Shown here: positions 13,061 to 27,696 of the stretch, in pieces
How positions within the stretch are numbered: the stretch's first letter is position 1
How the letters are laid out: every line of letters begins with the position of its first letter
NCBI RefSeq assembly: GCF_947568905.1
Contig: NC_079169.1
Span: 5,890,001-5,954,000, forward strand
Origin: Ostrea edulis
Taxonomy: Eukaryota
DNA: 64,000 nucleotides
Reading direction: 5' to 3'
Notes under the pieces: generated by a model
The model's database searches: none
The model's input: the letters and a program-made list of their open reading frames with translations, nothing else
What the model was told of the DNA's origin: nothing
Translations under genes and position numbers: made by a program

Positions 13061-13293
13061 TATGATGAAGAAAGAAAATGTGCATAATGCAATGAAATGT
13101 AACATTTGTAGTATTATATTCCATTGGATGAGGATATTTTCATCTTCATTGGTTATCAGCCAGATAAGCTACATTACATTAAATAAATATAGATCTACTG
13201 TTAACACCAAATACACAATTATAGATCTACTGTTAACACAAAATACATGTAAGCCTGCTGTTAAACATGTTTATGCTATACAAAATTATGCCA

Positions 13294-14431
13294 TACAACA
13301 TAGTAGCATTGTAGCATGGTTCTATACTGCACAGCATAGTACCATTGTTTTTTACTGCACAGTATAGTACCATTGTTTTATACTGTACAACATAGTATCA
13401 TTGTTTTATACTGCACAACATAGTATCATTGTTTTATACTGCACAACATAGTATCATTGTTTTATACTGCACAACATAGTATCATTGTTTTATACTACAC
13501 AACATAGTACCATTGTTTTATACTGCACAACATAGTATCCTTGTTTTATACTGCACAACATAGTATCATTGTTCTATACTGCACAACATAGTACCATTGT
13601 TTTATACTGTACAACATAGTACCATTGTTTTATACTGTACAACATAGTACCATTGTTTTATACTGTCCAACATAGTACCATTGTTTTATACTTTACAACA
13701 TAGTATCATTGTTTTATACTGCACAACATAGTATCATTGTTTTATACTGTACAACACACATTGTTTTATACTGTACAACATTGTACCATTGTTTTATACT
13801 GTCCAACATAGTACCATTGTTTTATACTTTACAACATAGTTTCATTGTTTTATACTGCACAACATAGTATCATTGTTTTATACTGTACAACACACATTGT
13901 TTTATACTGTACAACATAGTGTCATTGTTTTATACTGTACAACATAGTACCATTGTTTTATACTGTACAACATAGTACCATTGTTTTATACTGTATAACA
14001 CACTTTCATTCTTTTATACTGTACAACACACTTTCATTGTTTTATACTGCAAAATATAGTATCGTTGTTTTATACTGTACAACATAGTACCATTGTTTTA
14101 TGCTGTATAACATAGTATCGTTGTTTTATACTGTACAACACACTTTGATTCTTTTATACTGTACAACACACTTTCATTGTTTTATACTGCAAAACATAGT
14201 ATCGTTGTTTTATACTGTACAACATAGTACCATTGTTTTATACTGTACAACATATTATCATTGTTTTATACTGTTCAACGAACTTTCATTGTTTTATACT
14301 TTACAACATAGTACCATTGTTTAGAATATACAACATAGTACCATTGTTTTTATACTGTACAACATAATATCATTGTTTTTATACTGCACAACATAATATC
14401 ATTGTTTTTATACTGAACAATATAATATCAT
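13294..14431. repeat. 28-bp minisatellite (~40 copies)
   Basis: Unit CAACATAGTA(C/T)CATTGTTTTATACTG(T/C)A, with some deleted variants. Confidence 0.95.
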
Positions 14432-14917
14432 TGAAAGGTGAAGATAACGAACAGTGATCAATCTCATAACTCCTATAAGCAATACAAAATAGATAGTTGG
14501 ACAAACACGGACCCCTGTATATACCAGAGGTGGGATCAGGTGCTTAGGAGGAGTAAGCATCCCCTGTCGACTGGTCACACCCGCCGTAAGCCCAATATCT
14601 TGATCAGGTACACGGAGTTATCCGTAGTCAAAATCAATGTGCCAAGAACGGTCTAACAATCGGTATGAAATACAGGAGCTAGATTTGACCCAATGATAGG
14701 CTGTATTGGCAAACTAGATTGTTATAATGGCCATAGAAGTTGTGAAATGCTGACTTGAAACTAGACTGTTGAAACCTCTGTACCATCAACTTGTTTGTCA
14801 ATAGCTTGCCTCGATTTAAAACCTGATCATACAAATAGCAAGCTTTTGCGTATCGAATCAGTTGAGAGATATAAACAACATATGCAGGTGATAATGGAAT
14901 ATTGCTATATAAATATG
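14432..14917 (-). mobile_element. Naiad-type Penelope-like element fragment (RT thumb end + 3' tail)
   Basis: Minus strand reads YLYSNIPLSPAYVVYISQLIRYAKAC..., followed by the shared tail ending CTTCACCTTTCA. Confidence 0.85.
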
Positions 14918-15547
14918 TTTTATGCTGTACAATATAATAGCTTTGTCTTATGCTTTAAAATATAGCATATATTTCTCAATGTGAAATCGAAGACAACAAC
15001 GACCAATATTGTGAAACGAGTATTTGAGAAGCAAATCTGTGTGTATTGTCGTTTAGAAATTGGTAAGGAAAATATTCATTCGACATCATTGTTATATCAT
15101 CGTCTTCCGTCATTGTGTTATGTCTGAAAAGATCGAAAGAAAATTGTGGGTGTTTCCAATATTATAAACAGGAACTTGTAATGCTAAAAGAAACTTTCAA
15201 TATGTAATTTTTTTCACAAAATGTGTAATTCTTCTAACTATTTAGAATATCTAGAGACAGACAAAAACACTATTTCAATATTTCCTTAAAAACGAAAGAA
15301 TAAATTACTTTGGATAATATAGATATGTTTGTGTTTTCACACAGAGCAAAACAGCACCGTAAATCAAGTTTGTTTACGTTTGAGCGCCGCCATTTTGGAA
15401 TATTTGCCTTTGAAGTAGCACACTGCTATACATGTATCTTTCGATTGATACTATTCTTAAATAATATTCAGCTGTTTAATCTCAAGCTTAAGATAAAACC
15501 TAAAATTGAAAATTTCATATAAAAATTGTTACTTTTAAACTTTTCTG

Positions 15548-16635
15548 CAGAAACATATACCGTAATCTGTTGGAATTCCCATGGAAGCGAATTGTGCTCC
15601 ATTATTACATGTAGCTGACCCGTTTATATATTCTTGCGAGGCAAAATTTATTCAAAAGTTTCTATATAAAAAGAAAAAAATCTCTTGATGTGGCTTTCAG
15701 CTCGACATTTAGATACGTCGACGACGTTTCATTTATTAACAATAATCATTTTCATCTATATGTCCATTGGATATATTACAATAAACTTGAAATAAAGGAC
15801 ACCACAGAATCGTTCACGTCTGATGATGGTGAAGATTTAAAGTACATACTGCCCAGTAGTGGCCCTGCTACACTAGGCTTGTTGCGGCGACGCGACGATG
15901 GTGGTCAATACTCTGATCCCCAGGAAACGGGGATCTTGAAGATCCGGGGATGGTTAGGTCCTTCAGAAGTGGTGGATGGGTCCATCTCTTCTTCCTCGAG
16001 TCGATCGCTCACGGATCCCCACAGTATAGTTGGGAGAATGGATTGTTATTCTTCATCTGCTTCATACTTGGATATTTTATTGAACTTAAATGTTAACGGC
16101 AAACTACATGTAACAGCTCAACTTTACAATAAACTGCATGACATCAGCTTCTCCATCGTCAACTTCCTATATTTATACAGCAATAGTCCATTATCATCTG
16201 TATATAGTGTTTATGTTTCTGAACTGATTCGATACGCAAAGGTTGTTCTGCGTATGATCAATTTTTAAATTGAGAGAAAGGCTACTGACAAATAAATTGA
16301 TATTACAGGTGTTTCAGCAGTCTCGTTTTAAAGTCATCATCTCGCAAATTCTGTTGTCGTTATAGCGATTTAATTTACCAGTACACCCTATCATTTGTTC
16401 TAATGCTGTCTGACATGTTTCATACCAATTGTTAGGCCGTTCTTTGCACACTGATTTTACTGTGGATTACTTTGTTTACCTGATCATGATAACAAGCTCA
16501 CGGAGGATGCTTACTCCTCCTAGGCCACTGATCCCACCTCTGGTGTGTCCAAGGGTCCGCGTTTTCTTTATTCTTCATTTTATATTCTTTATAGGAGCTA
16601 TGAAATTGATTGCTGTTCGTTATCTTCACCTTTTC
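15548..16635 (+). mobile_element. Decayed Penelope-like RT fragment (probably Naiad/Chlamys-type, no C-terminal endonuclease) with 3' tail; interrupted by an insert at ~15823-16049
   Basis: SVGIPMEANCAPLL (RT motif B), TFRYVDD (motif C), LEIKDTTES..SASYLDILL..GKL..TAQLYNK..FSIVNF.YL.SN.PLS.VY.VYVSELIRYA (thumb). The frame ends soon after with no GIY-YIG. Stops and frameshifts present. Naiad assignment is from the thumb signature and domain order. Confidence 0.8.
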
Positions 16636-18945
16636 GTATAGGAAACTATATAGGTCCTAATCAGTAGTACAATGCTATTTTCAAAGTACCTAGAACTAAA
16701 ACATCTTCGTTATAAATTATAGAATAAATATCAAGTTTATTGTTGATCTACTCTCAATCAATTTCTTGATACATTATAAGGTAATAACTGATTGGTAAAT
16801 ACGATATTACATGTACGCTCGCCAAGGTCTTATGTTTTCGGTTATGTTATCTGTACGGGGAAAATACATAAAAACTACAGCTGGGATTTTATTTATAGTA
16901 CACTTATAGATTTTACCATAATCATGGATATACGTGTATTCATATGTTTGAGTCTAATTTGACTACAAAATGCGAAAAATCACGTTAAATACGAATCAAG
17001 CACGTTTGTGATTTGTAACAGAAAACTATGATTCTTTTGTGAGTAAGCATTAATTTTGTAATATTTTCCATAATATGGTTTCACAAACGATTTTTAACTG
17101 TCAACACATTTTATATTTGTGAGTTTTAATTTAAAAACAAAAAGTGACTTCGTAAACATAAATAAAATATCATTTGTATCTTTGAAAGATAATGTTGCTC
17201 ATGAAATATATTACCCAAGTTTAATTATTACATCTTTAGCAGGTTATGTCATCAATCAATAACATTTTAAAAAGTACTTTCTTATTTAAGAGACACTTAT
17301 TCATTATGGAAAAAGGATCCCCCATTAATTGAAGAATTCTGACTATTTGGCGACCTCTGACGTATATGCTGTCTTTACATACGTAGAACACAACATGCCG
17401 GGTGAACGGATGGTATGAAAATCGAAGACTTACAGCCCAGGATCGTTTAGATTTTATATAGCATGAGTACACCAACGGAGACTAGAAACACATTAAAGAG
17501 GTTGGCTTTTGAGCACAACTAAGCAGGATGCTACAACTAAGTATTTACTGGTTGAATACTGATCCCATTGGTGCAAACATATTACACATCTATTACTGAA
17601 CACTATCCAGTTGAAAAAAAAAAATGTATTCATTCAAATTTTGAAAGGGTTTTGCAGGGACTATATTTTGTGACTGAAGGATTGATTAATTAAATCTAAA
17701 TCTGCGTGATATTACACTTTCTGTTTCATCCAATATATCTTCTATTTTTATACTCCTATACGTATATTTCAGTTTTATAATTTATGATACAAGTAGTTGA
17801 GACTTTGAACTAGTTAGAATGTTGTAATTTATTAATTTGGTTGATATAATTTTTCCAAACAGAACACCGATTCTTAAAAAAGTTTAAATTAATTTACTCA
17901 AAATTTTGCATAAAAATTCAGTATTTTCGCCTATAATTTAAAAATTGGTCTCTAACCTCTTTTACTTTCACTTTAAATTTTAAGACAAGACCTTGAAAAT
18001 CATGCGAAATTTTAGTAGTAGAAATTGACACTACTTCTAATGTGTCCTTTTAAACTCTTAAATTTGGTATCATGAAGTTTTTCGTATATCAAGTGCAAAA
18101 AGGTCATTTATTTCCATTACTACATGTAGTATTAAACTTTTTTTTATCTGTAGTGTTAGTAGACATGATTATGTATTTATTTTAGGTAATGATGAATTTG
18201 TGTTGCTTAATCCAGTTTAATTGAATAATGTTAAGTGCAAATAGGTCATGTTTAGAACACTGTACAGCTCAATAACAAGCGTTGCGATCCCAAATTTTAT
18301 TTTTAATTTCCTAAGTCTCCTTCAATGTAGAAATCAAAAATACACTTCCCAAAAAATTGACATTACTGCAAATCTCATGTGCGAACCTCTTTAAAAAGAG
18401 CTGAAGAATAAAACATTCACTCGAATGGTAGACGAGAGGACCGAAACAGACGATGGAGTGAAACAGAGGCTATGACCGCACATTTGTTGTCTGCTGAAGA
18501 TGCGTAAATCAAGGGATAAAAAAATCAAAAGCTGGAATCAAGCAACATAAGGATTTTATTCCTTTGATGAACGCGGCTTCTGAAATAGTTCTTGGGGGCT
18601 GTAAAAAAAAGTCTTTATAGCGTAGTGTGGGAAACAGAATATAATCCATCAACTGCCCGGTATCACGCAATACGACATGCTGATTGAACGTCATATTCCA
18701 AGGCTTTTATTTGGTTATCAAAGATTCTGTCAACCATTCAGTACACGCATCAGATCCATGTAGTCTTAGGACTTAAATACCTTGAAATGTAACGCTGTCG
18801 TGTTCATGACATGTATGAATGAAGCGTTATGATTCATGATCTTACCTTCACTAAAAATTGAAGGCAATGCAGATCTTTTTTGTCTTTCATTCAACAAGAA
18901 ATACCTTAAATGTTTTGCGTGTGTTTAGCAGGCATACTTTATTTC

Positions 18946-21900
18946 ACAGGTATACGTAGAACTCATAGGTGCATATAGAACTACAGGTGTGTGTATAGAA
19001 CTACAGGTGTATATATAAAACTACAGGTGTGTATATAGAACTACAGGTGTATATAGAACTACGGGTGTATATAGAAATACAGGTGTATATAGAACTACAG
19101 GTGTGTATATAGAACTACAGGTGTATATAGAAGTACAGGTGTGTACAGAACTACAGGTGTATGTATAGAATTACAGGTGTATATAGAACTAGATGTGTAT
19201 AGAACTACAGGTGTATATATAGAACTACAGGTGTGTATATATACAACTACAAGTGTGTATATATAAAACTACAGGTGTGTATATAGAACTACAAGTGTAT
19301 ATCGAACTACAGGTGTATATATAGAACTACGGGTGTATATAGAAATACAGGTGTATATAGAACTACAGGTGTATATATAGAACTACAGGTGTATTTATAG
19401 AACTATAAGTGTGTACACAGAACTACAGGTGTATATAGAAGTACAGGTGTATATAGAAGTACAGGTGTATATAGAAGTACAGGTGTATATAGAACTACAG
19501 GTGTATATAGAACTACAGGTGTATGTAAAACTACAAGTGTATATCGAACTACAGGTGTGTATATAGAAGTACAGGTGTATATATAGAAGTACAGGTGTAT
19601 ATAGAACTAAAGGTGTATATACATAACTAAACGTGTATTTATAGAACTACAAGTGTGTACACAGAACTACAGATCTATATATAACTACAGGTGTATATAG
19701 AAGTACAGGTGTATATAGAACTACAGGTGTATATATAGAACTACAGGTGTGTATATAGAACTACAGGTGTATATATAGAACTACAGGTGTATATATAGAA
19801 CTACAGGTGTATATATAACTACAGGTGTATATAGAAGTACATGTGTGTGTAGAACTACAGGTGAATATAGAATTACAGGTGTATGTATAGAACTACAGGT
19901 GTGTATATAGAACTACAGGTGTATATATAGAACTACAGGTGTACATATAGAACTACAGGTGTGTGTATAGAACTACAGGTGTACATATAGAACTACAGGT
20001 GTGTGTATAGAACTACAGGTGTATATAGAACTACAGGTGTGTATATAGAACTACAGGTGTGAATATAGAACTACAGGTGTGTGTATAGAACTACAAATGT
20101 GTATATAGAACTACAGGTGAATATAGAATTACAGGTGTATGTATAGAACTACAGGTGTGTGTATAGAACTACAGGTGTATATATAGAACTACAGGTGTAT
20201 ATAGAACTACAAGTGTGTATATAGAACTACAGGTGTGAATATAGAACTACAGGTGTGTGTATAGAACTACAAATGTGTATATAGAACTACAGGTGAATAT
20301 AGAATTACAGGTGTATGTATAGAATTACAGGTGTGTGTATAGAACTAGATGTGTGTATATAGAACTACAGGTGTGAATATAGAACTACAGGTGTGTATAT
20401 AGAACTACAGGTGTATATAGGTGTGTGTATAGAACTCCAGTTTTGTATATAGAACTACATGTGTATATAGAAATACAGGTGTGTGTATATAGAACTACAT
20501 GTGTGTGTATAGAACTACAGGTGTATATATAGAACTACCGATGTGTATGTAGAACTACAGGTGTGCATGTTGAACTACAGGTGTGTATATAGAACTACAG
20601 GTGTATATATAGAACTACAGGTGTACATATAGAACTACAGGTGTGTATATAGAACTACAGATGTATATATAGAACTACAGGTGTACATATAGAACTACAG
20701 AGGTATATAGAACTACAGGTGTGTATATAGAACTACAGGTGTATATATAGAACTACAGGTGTACATATAGAACTACAGGTGTGTATATAGAACTACAGGT
20801 GTATATATAGAACTACAGGTGTGTATATAGAACTACAGGTGTGTATATAGAACTACAGGTGTATGTATAGAACTACAGGTGTACATATAGAACAACAGGT
20901 GTGTGTATAGAACTACAGGTGTGCATGTAGAACTACAGATGTGTATAGAACTACAGGTGTATATATAGAACTACAGGTGTGTATATATAAAACTAAAGGT
21001 GTGTATATATAGAACTACAGAGGTATATAGAACTACAGGTGTATATAGAATTACAGTTGTGCATATATAAACTACATGTGTATATAGAACTACGAGTGTA
21101 TATAGAAATACAGGTGTATATAGAACTACAGGTGTATATATAAGTACAGGTGAATATAAAACTACAGGTGAATATAGAATGACAGGTTTATGTAAAACTA
21201 CAGGTGTATATAGAACTAAAGGTGTATATACATAACTACACGTGTATTTATAGAACTACAAGTGTGTACACAGAACTACAGATCTATATATAACTACAGG
21301 TGTATATAGAACTACAGGTGTATATAGAACTACAGGTGTATGTAAAACTACAAGTGTATATAGAACTACATGTGTGTTATATAGAAGTACAAGTGTATAT
21401 CGAACTACAGGTGTATATCGAACTACAGGTGTGTATATAGAAGTACAGATGTATATATAGAAGTACAGGTGTATATAGAACTAAAGGTGTATATACATAA
21501 CTACACGTGTATTTATAGAACTACAAGTGTGTACACAGAACTACAGATCTATATATAACTACAGGTGTATATAGAAGTACAGGTGTATATAGAACTACAG
21601 GTGTATATAGAACTACAGGTGTGTATATAGAACTACAGGTGGGTATATAGAAGTACAGGTGTATATAGAACTACAGGTGTATATATAAGTACAGGTGTAT
21701 ATAGAAGTACATGTGTGTGTAGAACTACAGGTGAATATAGAATTACAGGTGTATGTATAGAACTACAGGTGTGTATATAGAACTACAGGTGTATATATAG
21801 AACTACAGGTGTACATATAGAACTACAGGTGTGTGTATAGAACTACAGGTGTACATATAGAACTACAGGTGTGTGTATAGAACTACAGGTGTATATAGAA

Positions 21901-24900
21901 CTACAGGTGTGTATATAGAACTACAGGTGTGAATATAGAACTACAGGTGTGTGTATAGAACTACAAATGTGTATATAGAACTACAGGTGAATATAGAATT
22001 ACAGGTGTATGTATAGAACTACAGGTGTGTGTATAGAACTACAGGTGTATATAGAACTACAGGTGTATATAGAACTACAAGTGTGTATATAGAACTACAG
22101 GTGTGAATATAGAACTACAGGTGTGTGTATAGAACTACAAATGTGTATATAGAACTACAGGTGAATATAGAATTACAGGTGTATGTATAGAATTACAGGT
22201 GTGTGTATAGAACTAGATGTGTGTATATAGAACTACAGGTGTGAATATAGAACTACAGGTGTGTATATAGAACTACAGGTGTATATAGGTGTGTGTATAG
22301 AACTCCAGTTTTGTATATAGAACTACATGTGTATATAGAAATACATGTGTGTGTATAGAACTACAGGTGTGTATAGAACTACAGGTGTATATATAGAACT
22401 ACCGATGTGTATGTAGAACTACAGGTGTACATATAGAAATACAGGTGTGTATATAGAACTACAGGTGTATATATAGAACTACAGGTGTACATATAGAACT
22501 ACAGGTGTACATATAGAACTACAGGTGTGTATATAGAACTACAGGTGTATATATAGAACTACAGGTGTACATATAGAACTACAGAGGTATATAGAACTAC
22601 AGGTGTATGTATAGAACTACAGGTGTACATATAGAACAACAGGTGTGTGTATAGAACTACAGGTGTGCATGTAGAACTACAGATGTGTATAGAACTACAG
22701 GTGTATATATAGAACTACAGGTGTGTATATATAAAACTAAAGGTGTGTATATATAGAACTACAGAGGTATATAGAACTACAGGTGTATATAGAATTACAG
22801 TTGTGCATATATAAACTACATGTGTATATAGAACTACGAGTGTATATAGAAATACAGGTGTATATAGAACTACAGGTGTATATATAAGTACAGGTGAATA
22901 TAAAACTACAGGTGAATATAGAATGACAGGTTTATGTAAAACTACAGGTGTATATAGAACTAAAGGTGTATATATATAACTACACGTGTATTTATAGAAC
23001 TATAAGTGTGTACACAGAACTACAGGTGTATGTATAACTACAGGTGTATATAGAAGTACAGGTGTATATAGAACTACAGGTGTATATAGAACTACAGGTG
23101 TGTATATAGAACTACATGTGTATATAGAACTACAGGTGTGTATATAGAACTACAGGTGTGTATATAGAACTACAGGTGGGTATATAGAACTACAGGTGGG
23201 TATATAGAAGTACAGGTGTATATAGAACTAAAGGTGTATATACATAACTACACGTGTATTTATAGAACTACAAGTGTGTACACAGAACTACAGATCTATA
23301 TATAACTACAGGTGTATATAGAACTACAGGTGTGTATATCGAACTACAGGTGTGTATATAGAACTACAGGTGTCTATAGAACTACAGGTGTGTATATAGA
23401 ACTACAGGTGTGTATATAGAACTACAGGTGTGTATATAGAACTACAGGTGGGTATATAGAAGTACAGGTGTATATAGAACTACAGGTGTATATATAAGTA
23501 CAGGTGTATATAGAAGTACATGTGTGTGTAGAACTACAGGTGAATATAGAATTACAGGTGTATGTATAGAACTACAGGTGTGTATATAGAACTACAGGTG
23601 TGTATATAGAACTACAGGTGTGAATATAGAACTACAGGTGTGTGTATAGAACTACAGGTGTGTATATAGAACTACAGGTGTGAATATAGAACTACAGGTG
23701 TGTATATAGAACTACAAATGTGTATATAGAACTACAGGTGAATATAGAATTACAGGTGTATGTATAGAATTACAGGTGTGTGTATAGAACTAGATGTGTG
23801 TATATAGAACTACAGGTGTGTATGTAGAACTACAGGTTTCCATAGAACTACAGGTGTATATAGGTGTGTGTATAGAACTCCAGTTTTGTATATAGAACTA
23901 CATGTGTATATAGAAATACAGGTGTGTGTATATAGAACTACATGTGTGTGTATAGAACTACAGGTGTACATATAGAACTACAGGTGTACATATAGAACTA
24001 CAGGTGTGTATATAGAACTACAGGTGTATATATAGAACTACAGGTGTACATATAGAACTACAGAGGTATATAGAACTACAGGTGTGTATATAGAACTACA
24101 GGTGTACATATAGAACTACAGGTGTATATATAGAACAACAGGTGTGTGTATAGAACTACAGGTGTGCATGTAGAACTACAGATGTGTATAGAACTACAGG
24201 TGTATATATAGAACTACAGGTGTATATATAGAACTTCAGGTGTACATATAGAACTACAGAGGTATATAGAACTACAGGTGTGTATATAGAACTACAGGTG
24301 TATATATAGAACTACAGGTGTACATATAGAACAACAGGTGTGTGTATAGAACTACAGGTGTGCATGTAGAACTACAGATGTGTATAGAACTACAGGTGTG
24401 TATATAGAACTACAGGTGTATATATAGAACTACAGGTGTACATATAGAACAACAGGTGTGTGTATAGAACTACAGGTGTGTGTATAGAACTACAGGTGTG
24501 CATGTAGAACTACAGGTGTATATATAGAACTTCAGGTGTACATATAGAACTACAGAGGTATATAGAACTACAGGTGTGTATATAGAACTACAGGTGTATA
24601 TAGAACTACAGGTGTGTGTATAGAACTACAGGTGTATATAGAACTGCAGGTGTACATATAGAACTACAGGTGTATAAAGAACTACAGGTGTATATAGAAG
24701 TACAGGTGTGTATATAGAACTACAGGTGTATATAGAACTACAGGTGTGTATATAGAACTACAGGTGTGTATATAGAACTACAAGTGTATATATAGAACTA
24801 CAGAGGTATATAGAACAACAGGTGTATATATAGAACTACAGGTGTGTATATATAGAACTACAGGTGTATATAGAACTACAGGTGTGTGTATAGAACTACA

Positions 24901-27696
24901 GGTGTGCATGTAGAACTACAGATGTGTATAGAACTACAGGTGTATATATAGAACTACAGGTGTGTATATATAGAACTACAGGTGTGTATATATAGAACTA
25001 CAGGTGTGTATATATAGAACTACAGAGGTATATAGAACTACAGGTGTATATAAAACTAAAGGTGTATATATAGAACTACAGGTGTATATAGAACTACAGG
25101 TGTATATATAAGTACAGGTGAATATAAAACTACAGGTGAATATAGAATGACAGGTTTATGTAAAACTACAGGTGTATATAGAACTAAAGGTGTATATATA
25201 TAACTACACGTGTATTTATAGAACTATAAGTGTGTACACAGAACTACAGATCTATATATAACTACAGGTGTATATAGAACTACAGGTGTATATAGAACTA
25301 CAGAGGTATATAGAACTACAGGTGTGTATATAGAACTACAGGTGTATATATAGAACTACAGGTGTATATAGAACTACAGGTGTATATAGAACTACAGGTG
25401 TGAATATAGAACTACAGATGTGTATAGAACTACAGGTGTATATATAGAACTACAGGTGTATATATAGAACTTCAGGTGTACATATAGAACTACAGAGGTA
25501 TATAGAACTACAGGTGTGTATATAGAACTACAGGTGTATATAGAACTACAGGTGTGTGTATAGAACTACAGGTGTATATAGAACTGCAGGTGTACATATA
25601 GAACTACAGGTGTATAAAGAACTACAGGTGTATATAGAAGTACAGGTGTGTATATAGAACTACAGGTGTATATAGAACTACAGGTGTGTATATAGAACTA
25701 CAGGTGTGTGTATAGAACTACAGGTGTGCATGTAGAACTACAGATGTGTATATAGAACTACAGGTGTATATAGAACTACAGGTGTATATAGAACTACAGA
25801 GGTATATAGAACTACAGGTGTGTATATAGAACTACAGGTGTATATATAGAACTACAGGTGTATATAGAACTACAGGTGTATATAGAACTACAGGTGTGAA
25901 TATAGAACTACAGATGTGTATAGAACTACAGGTGTATATATAGAACTACAGGTGTATATATAGAACTTCAGGTGTACATATAGAACTACAGAGGTATATA
26001 GAACTACAGGTGTGTATATAGAACTACAGGTGTATATAGAACTACAGGTGTGTGTATAGAACTACAGGTGTATATAGAACTGCAGGTATACATATAGAAC
26101 TACAGGTGTATAAAGAACTACAGGTGTATATAGAAGTACAGGTGTGTATATAGAACTACAGGTGTATATAGAACTACAGGTGTGTATATAGAACTACAGG
26201 TGTGTGTATAGAACTACAGGTGTGCATGTAGAACTACAGATGTGTATAGAACTACAGGTGTATATATAGAACTACAGGTGTGTATATATAGAACTACAGG
26301 TGTATATAGAACTACAGGTGTGTGTATAGAACTACAGGTGTGCATGTAGAACTACAGATGTGTATAGAACTACAGGTGTATATATAGAACTACAGGTGTG
26401 TATATATAGAACTACAGGTGTGTATATATAGAACTACAGGTGTGTATATATAGAACTACAGAGGTATATAGAACTACAGGTGTATATAAAACTAAAGGTG
26501 TATATATAGAACTACAGGTGTATATAGAACTACAGGTGTATATATAAGTACAGGTGAATATAAAACTACAGGTGAATATAGAATGACAGGTTTATGTAAA
26601 ACTACAGGTGTATATAGAACTAAAGGTGTATATATATAACTACACGTGTATTTATAGAACTATAAGTGTGTACACAGAACTACAGATCTATATATAACTA
26701 CAGGTGTATATAGAACTACAGGTGTATATAGAACTACAGGTGTATATAGAACTACAGGTGTGAATATAGAACTACAGGTGTATATAGAACTACAGGTGTA
26801 TATAGAACTACAGGTGTATATAGAAGTACAGGTGTATATAGAACTACAGGTGTATATAGAAGTACAGGTGTATATAGAACTACAGGTGTATATAGAAGTA
26901 CAGGTGTATATAGAACTACAGGTGTATATAGAACTACAGGTGTATATAGAACTACAGGTGTATATATAGAACTACAGGTGTACATATAGAACAACAGGTG
27001 TGTATATAGAACTACAGGTGTATGTATAGAACTACAGGTGTGTATATAGAACTACAGGTGAATATAGAATTACAGGTGTATGTATAGAACTACAGGTGTG
27101 TATATAGAACTACAGGTGTGAATATAGAACTACAGGTGTGTATATAGAACTACAGGTGTATATATAGAACTACAGAGGTATATAGAAGTACAGGTGTATA
27201 TAGAACTACAGGTGTATATAGAACTACAGGTGTATGTAAAACTACAAGTGTATATAGAACTACAGGTGTGTGTATAGAACTAGATGTGTGTGTAGAACTA
27301 CAGGTTTCCATAGAACTACAGGTTTCCATAAAACTACAGGTGTATATAGGTGTGTGTATAGAACTCCAGTTTTGTATATAGAACTGCATGTGTATATAGA
27401 AATACAGGTGTGTGTATATAGAACTACATGTGTGTGTATAGAACTACAGGTGTGTATATAGAACTACAGGTGTATATATAGAACTACAGGTGTACATATA
27501 GAACAACAGGTGTGTGTATAGAACTACAGGTGTGCATGTAGAACTACAGGTGTAAATAGAACTACAGGTGTGTATATAGAACTACAGGTGTGTGCATAGA
27601 ACTACAGGTGTGTATGTAGAACTACAGGTGTGTACAGAATTACGTGTTTCCATAGAACTACAGGTGTATATAACTACAGGTGTATGTAGAACTACA
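18946..27696. repeat. ~8.7-kb satellite of 18/20-bp units with higher-order repeat structure
   Basis: Core GTGTATATAGAACTACAG (18 bp) and GTGTGTATATAGAACTACAG (20 bp); rare variant blocks recur at 1.4-2.2 kb intervals. Confidence 0.97.

Noticed and set aside
17340-18720. Coding-looking snippets (CRVNGWYENRR; VWETEYNPSTARYHAIRH)
   Set aside because: Short frames closed by stops, no consistent exon chain and no recognisable family.
18946-27696. CRISPR-like array (constant repeat with variable intervening bases)
   Set aside because: The variable part is only a few TA/TG/CA dinucleotides, not unique spacers; no cas genes; eukaryotic context.
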